This document shows positions 17,619 to 27,100 of a stretch of 52,103 nucleotides of DNA, in pieces. Position numbers and translations under genes: made by a program. Under the pieces are notes generated by a model that was not told where the DNA came from, did not search any database, and worked only from the letters and a program-made list of their open reading frames with translations. The DNA is from Pseudobdellovibrionaceae bacterium (lineage in GTDB: Bacteria; Bdellovibrionota; Bdellovibrionia; Bdellovibrionales; Bdellovibrionaceae): NCBI GenBank assembly GCA_039810425.1, contig JBDHWW010000023.1, positions 1-52,103 of the forward strand. Direction: 5' to 3'. Within the stretch, counting starts at the first letter, position 1; each line of letters opens with the position of its first letter.

Positions 17619-17978
17619 ATGGCAAAATATGTCGATGGGTTTGTAATTCCAATTAAAAAGAAAAATGTAAAAGCCTATAAAAAAATGGCGTCACTGGGTT
17701 GTAAAATCTGGATGGAGCATGGCGCCCTTGATTACTACGAGTGTGTTGGTGAAATGCTGAACGTGCAGTGGGGGTTAACATTTCCAAAGATGTGTAAGCT
17801 TAAAGCCGATGAAACGGTGATCTTTGCTTTTGTTGTTTATAAGTCAAAGGCTCATCGCAATCAGGTGAACAAGAAAGTTCACAGCGACCCGCGCATGGAC
17901 ATGGATGGCGTAAAAATGCCTTTTGAGATGAAACGCTTTGCGGTTGGTGGCTTCAGTGTGATGGTTACCGCGAAGTAG
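17619..17978 (+). CDS. DUF1428 (YbaA-like) protein
   Basis: YVDGFVIP...AYKKMA...WMEHGALDYYEC...YKSKAHRNQVNKKV..DPRM...MPF.MKR...GGF. Confidence 0.9.
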   Translation: MAKYVDGFVIPIKKKNVKAYKKMASLGCKIWMEHGALDYYECVGEMLNVQWGLTFPKMCKLKADETVIFAFVVYKSKAHRNQVNKKVHSDPRMDMDGVKMPFEMKRFAVGGFSVMVTAK

Positions 17979-17997
17979 TATAGCAGGTAAAAAATCC

Positions 17998-18417
17998 TTA
18001 ACTACAAAGCAGATCGATCCAAGCCGTGGCTTCTTGGGCTTCGGGCGATAGGGGCGTGTTGTCAGGAGAGGTTCCGAGATCTTCAAAACTCACACGGTGT
18101 CTGGCTTTTTTGCACTCATCTGGGGTGGGTTTTTTGGTGATGATTTCCGTCACGGGTTTCAGGCTGAGCATGAATGAATATACTTTTATTTCGGCGTCGG
18201 GGCCTTTCTCTGGATGGGCTTTTTCAGAGGCCTCAATGGTCACTTTGAGTTCTTTCTCTAATGATTGAATTTTAATTAATTTATTGGAAAAGCTCTTTTC
18301 CTGCGCAAGTTCCTTCCGTAGCTTTTGTGATTCTTTTATAAAATCATTCAGATGTTTTGGCTCCGCCAATGCCAGAGTTGAAAATAGAAAAAGACCAAGC
18401 ATGACTATTGGGCGCAT
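17998..18417 (-). CDS. Small secreted hypothetical protein
   Basis: Signal peptide MRPIVMLGLFLFSTLALA; two Cys; overlaps the end of the upstream gene. Confidence 0.75.
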   Translation of the reverse strand: MRPIVMLGLFLFSTLALAEPKHLNDFIKESQKLRKELAQEKSFSNKLIKIQSLEKELKVTIEASEKAHPEKGPDAEIKVYSFMLSLKPVTEIITKKPTPDECKKARHRVSFEDLGTSPDNTPLSPEAQEATAWIDLLCS

Positions 18418-19622
18418 AGGGCTCCCGATTCCTCTTCTGGAGTGAGCTTCATTTTTTTATCACATTCCTTGCTGCCTGGAATCAGATTTTTTTTAATACA
18501 GTACATTTCATGAAATTTGTTATTGGTTTCTCGAACGTAGGGGCTCTCTTCCGGCAAAGAAGCCATTACTTTTTTTATATCGTTTGCGTTGTTCAGGCGA
18601 AATTTTTGCATCAACTTGAAAGCTTCTTTGATGCTACCGCGGCCATAAGAAATAGTGGTGAGGATGTTAACCACGTCTTGGTTTTTGGCAAGCTCTCCGT
18701 CGCCGCGACCTTTCAGGGCCGGGATGATATAGCGGTCGCGCACGCAGCGGTTGTAGGCGGTGCTAAGCATCAGCGTTCGCGCCAGGCCATCTCCGGGGCT
18801 CACCCAGGCGCAGTAATTCTTTGGTGAAATCACCGGCATATTTTTCAGATCTTTCTGGGCGATGTGTTTAAAGGGCGCGCAGCTTTTTTTATCGCTGCTG
18901 GCGATCTCTTTAATAATATCAGTGCAGTTACCACCCCCCTGCTTATCGGTGAGTTCGCGCACAGCGAGAGTCGTGAGTTGGCCCAAGCCAATGCCGCCCT
19001 TCCAGGCGACGGTGTTATTAAAGCCTGTTTCGTTGTTGAATTTTTTAAACAATGAACGGGCATCCAGAGGTCCGTTGCTTGGAGAAATGCAATCATAGGC
19101 CGAGTCCAGCGCGAATTTCATGTAATCGACATACTGGTTGGTCACGCATTGGCCGTTTTTTTCGTCCGCCTTGCCGTATTTTATTGCCGTAGTTTGCTTG
19201 GGGTTCTCATTCTTAGTGGTTTTTTTGGGATACTCGCAAGTATAGCCAGCTTGTCCTGGGTGACGTTTCATCGCGGCGACGAGGCATTCACGGTTGAATT
19301 TCGATGGCGGAGGCGGGGAGATATTCATTTTTGCGATTTGCGGGGTGAGAGCCTGGGCCAGGGAGTCCAGTTGGTTAAACTGATTGCTGGCAGGAGATGA
19401 GATTGTGCAGGCACACGCGGCATTGTCCTGAGACTGTCCTTTGAGAGAGGACTTAAAGGCAAGAACCAGGGGGTCCCCTGACTGCTCAAAAGATTCAATC
19501 AGCTTTTGATTTTGATCAAGATTCCCGTTCAAGCAGACCGGAGCGTTGGCTTGAGCTGCTGCCAGAGCACCCCAGAGACAGATGGAAATATAAGTAAATG
19601 CAAAGTAAATGGCTCGACTCAT
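18405..19622 (-). CDS. Secreted Cys-rich protein with lytic transglycosylase/lysozyme-like motifs
   Basis: Signal peptide; KFNNETGF (putative catalytic Glu), GIGLGQLT (GLMQ-like), AYN and SYGRG segments. Confidence 0.6.
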   Translation of the reverse strand: MSRAIYFAFTYISICLWGALAAAQANAPVCLNGNLDQNQKLIESFEQSGDPLVLAFKSSLKGQSQDNAACACTISSPASNQFNQLDSLAQALTPQIAKMNISPPPPSKFNRECLVAAMKRHPGQAGYTCEYPKKTTKNENPKQTTAIKYGKADEKNGQCVTNQYVDYMKFALDSAYDCISPSNGPLDARSLFKKFNNETGFNNTVAWKGGIGLGQLTTLAVRELTDKQGGGNCTDIIKEIASSDKKSCAPFKHIAQKDLKNMPVISPKNYCAWVSPGDGLARTLMLSTAYNRCVRDRYIIPALKGRGDGELAKNQDVVNILTTISYGRGSIKEAFKLMQKFRLNNANDIKKVMASLPEESPYVRETNNKFHEMYCIKKNLIPGSKECDKKMKLTPEEESGALCAQ

Positions 19623-19629
19623 GCAGAGC

Positions 19630-19656
19630 GTATCGGTCGGTTTCTTGAGAATTTAA
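19630..19656 (-). promoter_or_regulatory. Putative sigma-28 promoter giving a probably leaderless mRNA
   Basis: Minus strand TTAA-N15-ACCGATAC, 7 nt before ATG 19622; no Shine-Dalgarno visible. Confidence 0.45.
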
Positions 19657-19689
19657 TGAAATCGGGACAATCCTAGACTGGTCTTTCGT

Positions 19690-20958
19690 CTATTTTACGA
19701 TGTAGTCTTTCCAGCGCGTAATCAGCGCCGGAGTCAGCTGTGTATAACACACAGTGCCTTCCGTGGCCGTTTCTTTACGCAGGATTTTTGTTTCACGATC
19801 TAAATCGTAGATTTTAAATTCTTCACTACGTGGAAAGTAGAGCTGTACATCAGTTTGCATGCCTTGAATACTTTCCACCATCAGTTTTTTTAACTGCTCC
19901 ATGCCCTGGCCGGTGAGCGCGCTTACAAACACGCGCGGGTAGAGGCGCACCTGAAATTGTTTTTCTATGGGCGCAACATCACTCTTATTAAACACATGGA
20001 TGATTTTCTTATCCTGCCAGTTGAATTCCTTAATCAAAGCTTCAACCACCTCGATCTGACGAAGCATGTTTGGCGAGGACAGGTCAATCACATGCAACAG
20101 CACATCAGCTTCGGCGCTTTCTTCAAGCGTCGCTTTAAAAGCTTCGATCAACTGTGGCGGAAGTTTACGGATAAATCCCACGGTGTCTGTCACAACCGCT
20201 GGCGGGCCTTCGGGAAGGAATATCTTACGCGTTGTCGGATCCAGGGTCGCGAACACCTGGTTCTTTGCCATCACTTGGGAACCAGTCAGACGATTGAGCA
20301 ATGAACTCTTTCCGGAGTTCGTGTAGCCGATCAAAGCAAAACTTGGAATCTCGTGACGGCGTCGCGAGTTTCTATGTTGTTGGCGATTCTTGCTGACGGA
20401 TTCAAGCTTCTTACGGATCAGCGCCACTTTCTCGCGGATGCGGCGGCGGTCGCTCTCGAGTGCAGTTTCCCCGGGTCCCCGAGTCCCGATACCTCCCCCT
20501 TGCCGGGACAGGGATTCCATCCACGCGCCGACCATGCGAGGCATTTGATCCAAGAGCTGTGCCAGCTCAACTTGAAGTTTTCCTTCGAAGGTCTGGGCCC
20601 GCTGAGCGAAAATATCCAAAATAAGCTGATTACGGTCGATCACCCGCGTGCCCATGGACTGGGCCAAGTTCCGGCTTTGCACGCCGGTAAGCTGGTGATC
20701 CAGAACTACAAGGTTTGCATTTGCTTCGCGCACCATCTCGCGGATTTCTTCGACTTTTCCGGAGCCGATCAGAGTCGCGGGATTCCACGCCGGCAGAGTT
20801 TGGATCACAGACCCCACGATTTCGCCGCCCGCCGCACTCACGAGTTCTTCCAGCTCTAAAAGATTTTCTTTGATTTCAGAAAGAGGTTCGGTCTTAAGAC
20901 CAACACCAACGACAATCGCACGATCACTGGCTTTGATATGGACTTGGTTTTGAGTCAA
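19690..20958 (-). CDS. hflX: Ribosome-splitting GTPase HflX
   Basis: ILDIFAQRA, EGKLQVELAQ, GGGIGTRGPGET, GYTNSGKS, FATLDPTTR, DTVGFI, NKSD. Confidence 0.97.
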   Translation of the reverse strand: MTQNQVHIKASDRAIVVGVGLKTEPLSEIKENLLELEELVSAAGGEIVGSVIQTLPAWNPATLIGSGKVEEIREMVREANANLVVLDHQLTGVQSRNLAQSMGTRVIDRNQLILDIFAQRAQTFEGKLQVELAQLLDQMPRMVGAWMESLSRQGGGIGTRGPGETALESDRRRIREKVALIRKKLESVSKNRQQHRNSRRRHEIPSFALIGYTNSGKSSLLNRLTGSQVMAKNQVFATLDPTTRKIFLPEGPPAVVTDTVGFIRKLPPQLIEAFKATLEESAEADVLLHVIDLSSPNMLRQIEVVEALIKEFNWQDKKIIHVFNKSDVAPIEKQFQVRLYPRVFVSALTGQGMEQLKKLMVESIQGMQTDVQLYFPRSEEFKIYDLDRETKILRKETATEGTVCYTQLTPALITRWKDYIVK

Positions 20959-21100
20959 ATCTCGGTATCTCCTGCTTATCTCTCAAGATCTGCATGGCGA
21001 TCATGCTCTTGTATTTATGCTAACACAGGACCCCGATGTGGCAAGACCAAAATCACGCGGAATACGAAAAAGAGACGACCCCCGGAGTTGAGCAAAACCA

Positions 21101-24100
21101 CTAGTGGTTAAGCGGGCTTGTCCGTTCGGGCGGAATTTCTGATCCCAGCAGAATCTGAATCGAGTGGTTTTTGCCGTCGTCCGCGAGGGGAATGGGTTGA
21201 CCAACGGCCAGTGTTTTCCCGTCAAGCACGATTGCCGGTCCTCCCCGGGAAACACCGGCCGGGTTTTCAACCAGGATGTTGTAGGTTGCCGTTTTATGAC
21301 GGTAGCGAATGCGGAAGCTTTTCCATTGCGGAGGAATGTGCGGATCGAGCGAAAGCTCTTCGCCGCGGAGTCGGAGCCCGAGCATGTACTCAAGGCCCGC
21401 GCGGTAAAGCCATCCCGCGGAGCCCGTGTACCAGCTCCAGCCGCCGCGGCCCAGATGCTGTTTTTGCGAATAAACGTCACCGGCCACAACATAGGGTTCG
21501 ATCTTGTAGCGCGCCACTTGTTCCGGGGAGTCGCCATGAAGGATCGGGTTGATGAGTTGAAACATCTCATGCGCCTTTGCGCCGTTCCCGAGCAGGGCAT
21601 AGGCGATGATCACCCAAGCCGCCGCGTGGGTGTACTGACCGCCGTTTTCTCGGACTCCCGGCAGATAGCCTTTGATGTACCCGGGATCGTGATCGGTTTT
21701 ATCAAACGCCGGAGTGAAGAGCTGAATGATTCGCGCGTCCTTGTTCACAAGATATTTTTCCAATGCCTGCATCGCATGGCGTGCGCGGGAAGGTTCCGCG
21801 GCCTCGGAGATCACCGCCCAAGTCTGCGCCAGGGAATCGATTTGACATTCCTGATTCTGGATCGAGCCGAGAGGCGTGCCATCGTCGTAGTAGGCGCGGC
21901 GGTACCAATCACCATCCCAGCCTTTATCTTCAAGGGCTATTTTTAATTGAGCGGCATGGTTGCGCCAGTTCTGCGCGCGCGGTGTTTCGCCGCGAGCCTC
22001 GGCGATGGCGGCGAACTGAATCAGATTTTGGTGCAGGAACCAGCCGAGCCAAATGCTTTCACCTTTGCCGTCTTTGCCGACCCGGTTCATGCCATCGTTC
22101 CAGTCGCCACTGCCCATAAGGGGGAGTCCCTGCGCGCCGGTTTTGAGACTGCGATCTAAAGCGCGCGCGCAGTGTTCAAACAGGCTCGCGCTTTCTTGCG
22201 AAATGGCCGGAGTGAAGTACGAATCTTCCTGCTCTTGAGTCAAGAGGGGACCTTCGAGGAAGCTTGTTTCTTGATCCAGGATCGAAAAGTCTTTTGTGAC
22301 TTGCAAATAGTGAAAAGTCGCAAACGCCAGCCACAAGAGGTCGTCTGAGAAATGCGTGCGAACCCCCCGGCCCAGAGGGGGGTGCCACCAGTGCTGAACG
22401 TCACCCTCAAGAAACTGGCGGCTGGAGGCGCGCAAAATGTGTTCACGCGCGGTTTCAGGCATGGAAATAGTGAGCGCCATCACATCTTGCAGCTGATCGC
22501 GGAAACCAAAGGCGCCGCCGGCTTGATAAAACCCGGCGCGCGCCCAGTAGCGGCAACTGATGTTTTGATAAAGCAGCCAGCGGTTTAATAACAAGTCAAA
22601 AGATTTGTCTGGGGTTTCCACTTGAACCTTGTCCAGCCAATCATTCCATTGGGCGATGACCTTGGCGAGAATATTTTCAGTGAATTGATTGCGAAGCTCC
22701 AGAATGGTTTCGCGGGCCTCTTCCCGGCTTGCCGCTTGACCGAGGATAAACGGGATTTTCACCGCGGCTCCGGGGCCGATCACAATATCCGTCTGAAAGG
22801 CGCCACAGGGATCAAAGGCGGCTCCGGTCCGGTTTGAAAGCTGTTCGCTGCGAAGAATTCCAAGCGGGCGGCGAAGACTGCTGTTTCTACCGATAAACTC
22901 GCGGCGGTCCCCGGTCATAGTTTGTTTGTGGTTGAGGAATCCGGCAAAGGCGATACGGGTTCCATACTCGTTGTGACGGGCGTTGAACGCAAACATCGCG
23001 CCGGTGTCGCTATCCATCTCAGTCACTGTGGTCGGTGCCATTGTCGCCCGCGAAAATCCCAGGAGCCATTCGACGTACGCATAAATAGACAAACGCCGCC
23101 ATTGACTGGAACGGTTTTCAAGCCGGATCTCTGAAATCTTCACCGGCAGGTCCATCGGTACAAACTGAGTGAGTGTGCTATGAATGCCGTGCGAGAAATG
23201 TTCAAAGCGCGAATACCCTTGGCCGTGGCGGGCGATGTAGGTGGCGTCTTTCACCCGGATCGGAAGGGCGGTGGGGCTCCACAAACAACGTGAATCCAAA
23301 TCAAAGAGGTAAAAGCTTTCACCGCAAGGGTCGCTGACCGGATCATTCGACCAGGGCGTGATTTGATTTTCACGGCTATTCATCGCCCAGGTGTAACCAG
23401 AACCACTTTCGGAAACCTGAAAGCCGAACTTGCCGTTTGAGATGACGTTGATCCAGGGCGCGGGCGTGACATCGTTTTCATTTTTAAACACGATGACGTA
23501 CTCACGGCCATCCGGAGTAAAGCCACCCACGCCGTTAAAGTATTCGAGCTCTGGAGTTTCAAGCGGTGGCGCTTTATCGTGACATTGAAACTCCCGGCCC
23601 TCCGCGGGCGGGCTTAGCGGGTGAAGCGTGCGGTTGACCTGCTCGGACAGGCTTCCTTGGCTGGCAAAAAGTACGACGCGTGCCTCGGTGTAAAGGGCCA
23701 GGCGATCTTCACGCGTCAGCAGATCTTCGCGGAGAATGAACACTTTTCCGCGGGACTGCGGCACCGCCGCCGGTGGCGGCGGAGTGTGAACCATGGCTTC
23801 AAGCATTTGCTGAAGTTCTTGCCCGTAGGAATGTTCTTTGCCGTTCATAATGACAAGATCCACAGTGAAGCACTTCATCGCGAAAGACTCTTGCGCCTTG
23901 AGAAGCTGGCGGATGATGGTGCGGTCTTCCTGTTCTTCAACGCGCACAAGAATGATCGGGAAGTCGCCGGAAATACCATGGGCCCAGAGCTGTGTCAGGT
24001 CGCGTTTGTTATGTTTTAGGATTGAGCTTGAAGGACGTAGGGAAGAATCCAAATAAAAAAGTCTCGAGGCCAGGCGCTGATAAAGATGGGCTTCGTCGGG

Positions 24101-27100
24101 CTCGATATTGAGGTAGTGCATTTTTACTTGGGCTTGGGCCCAGGCCAGAGAAGAAACCCGCTCGTAACTGCCGGTTTCATGATAGCTTTCGGCTAGCCGT
24201 AAGATTTCATCGCGGGAAGGGGCCACCGCCGTCGTGAACTGAAGGGTGGTGCTTGCTCCCGGCTCTAGATGCACGCGGGTGCGGAGGCTAAAAACCGGAT
24301 CCAGAACCGCACCGACGGACTGGGTGAGTTTTTCGCCGGTCTTCAGAGCTCGTGCATTGCGAATGTCGCGTCCGCGGCCCAGGAATTTCATGCGGTCTGT
24401 TTCATACTCGGTTTCAAAGTTCGTGGGATTTTGTAAAGAAAGGATATGCGCGGCCCATAGCTCGGTTTCATTTCCTGAGCGGGGGCGGCGGCGGGCCATC
24501 AGAGCCTGGTGTTCGGCAACGTAATCGGTTTCCATGAAAAGGTTTGAGAACGCCGGATGAGCCACGTCCGCGGCTTGCGTGTTCAACACGATTTCAGAAT
24601 ACGAAGTCACCTCAAGTTCGCGAGGTGCATCGGATTCATTGGTCAGAGTTAAGTGGCGGATTTCCGCATTGGACTCGGGTGAAATTAAGATCTCAAGCTT
24701 TGAGTGAATCTCGTCCTCTTGGCGTTCAAATAAAACCCGGTCTTCGGCAAACGTGACTTCATAACTTTCCGCGGCTTGGCCCAGGGGCTGATAAGTCGCT
24801 GACCATGTGAGGTTTTTATCCCGGTCCCTAATAAAGAGATAACTCCCCCAATGATCTTGAGTGACGTCTTCGCGCCAGCGGGTCACCGCAAAATTCTGGA
24901 AGCGGCTAAAGCCTGAGCCCGCAGAGGTGAGCATGATAGAGTAGTTTCCATTTGACAGCAGTTGCGTGCGCGGAGTCGGGCGGTCGGTGCTGTGATAGCG
25001 GCGGGAAACAGTCGCAATCTCGGCGCGAACAATCGCGTGGTTGTGGTCCCCCGCCGCGGGAATCACGCCCACGGCTCGCGGAGTGCGTTCTTGCAGCAGG
25101 ATTTCAGTTGCCTGCACCAGCGGCTCGGCATGAAAAAGCCGGCACATGTAATTGTCAAAGAAGTAGTTCGTCAGGGAAACCAGTGACATCCCCTGATGAT
25201 GAGCCATATAGGCTTTCACGATCGAAAAACGCTGGCCGGTCGGCAGGCGTGAACTTGTATAGTCAATCGCCTCGTAGAAACCATAGGGCCCATTGGCGCC
25301 CAGACTTTGAAGCCGCCGCAAATTCGCGGCAGCTTCCGCAGGGTCGTACATTGCCGCCAGCAATGTTGCGTATGGCGCAATGACCAGGTTCGCTCCAAGG
25401 CCGCGTTTAAGGGCCAAGTCTGGAATTCCAAAGTTCGAGTACTGGTACGTCATATGGAGATCGCGCTTATTGTACGCGGATTCTGAAATGCCCCAAGGGA
25501 CGCCCTTTTCCTGGCCGTAGGAGACCTGCCGCTGAATCACGAGGTCGCAGGTGTTTTTAATGAGACTGCCTTCCGGAGTGTTCATAACCAGCGAGGGCAT
25601 CAGGTATTCAAACATCGACCCCGACCACGAGATCAGAGCTGAGCCATTTTCCACTTGCGCAAGACTCCGCCCCAGGCAGAACCAGTGACCCGCCGGGACG
25701 TCGCCTTTGGCAATAGCGATAAAGCTGAGCAGCCGCGACTCAGAAGCCAAGAGATCATAGTAACTGACGTCAAGGGCATTTTCAAAGACCCTTAAACCAA
25801 TCGAAAAAAGTTTGCGGTTCTTGTCGAAAAGAACACTGAAGTTCATGTTTTTAAAAAGGCTATAAGAGATTTTTTGCGCGTGTTTGATTTTACCGGAAAG
25901 GGTTTGCGCGGCGTGGATTGAGCTTTTGAGACACTCTGTGAGTTGTTCCATTGTCTCGGCGGCTTCAGGGGGCAGCGGCGCATGGAGAGCTTTAAAGCTC
26001 TCAAGCCTTTCAAGAATTTGCCCGCCGTGGCCGGCGATTTTTTCAAGCGCCGTGGTTTTAGAAAGATCTTTTTGAATCTCTTTCCAGCTTTTTTGCATTT
26101 CATCCGGACCGGCAATCGGTTGGACCGCATACTCCGTCCAAGCAAGAAGCGAATGATAATCAACGGCAAGATTAATAATGTCGCCGTGGATATTCAGCGC
26201 CCAACTGGCGATTTCTTGATGCGCGGGAGCCGGATAAAGCTGCCCGGCCTCTTGCTGAAGTTGCGAGGCCTGGGCCTTGAGGTCCCGCCAAGTGAAATCA
26301 TTTAACTGCTTTTCGGACGCTTGCAAAAGGCCGTGCTCGAGATTCTGGGTTCGCGTGATCAGGTTTTTTTCCGCAAGAGTCAGATCTTTGCTCTTCGTCT
26401 TTTTATGCAAAGCTTGCTTGAAAAGGCGTAAGCTCTCTAACGGACCCAGCGTCAGGGAAGACGCGGTCATGGGGTGAGTCAGCATTTCTTCCAAACCGCG
26501 GGCAACGGCGATCAAATGTCCCGCGAGATTGCCACTGTCGACGGCAGAAATGTATTTCGGATCGAGCGGCCGCAAGCTTGTGGTCTCATACCAGTTATAG
26601 AAGTGCCCGTGATGCTTTGGCAGGCGTTCCAGGCTTTCGAGGGTTCTGTCAAGACGATGGACGGCATCCGAGAGGCCGATCCAACCAAACATTTTCGCGG
26701 AAATCACCGAGAGCAAGTAAAGGCCGAAATTCGTCGGCGAGCTTCGATGAGCGACGACCGGCTGGGGTTCTTCTTGAAAATTATCCGGCGGTAGGAAGTG
26801 ATCTTCGGCAGTGACGAAGGTGGCAAAGAAGTGCCAGATCTGACGAGCCGCCAAGTACAGAGCTTCGCGCCCTGCGGAGTCCACGGGATTTCGCTCTTCC
26901 TCTGCAAACGGTCGGCTGACGGCTTGGGCATAAAAAGGCGAGAGCAGCCAGACAAAGAAAAGCACCGTTGCCAGCACCATTTGAAACGGTTTGGTGGAGG
27001 CAACAACGACGACGGCGCTGAAGGTTAGGAAAAGACCGCCGCGCATGCCGATGAAAAAACTGCGCAGCCTTAAGTCCGCATTGGATTTTACTTGAGCCGC

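Noticed and set aside
19690..20958. hflX (plus rluA, queG, cca) as part of the HPF system, since HflX can split hibernating ribosomes
   Set aside because: It lies over 10 kb away in an ordinary housekeeping context with unrelated genes in between; proximity is probably coincidental
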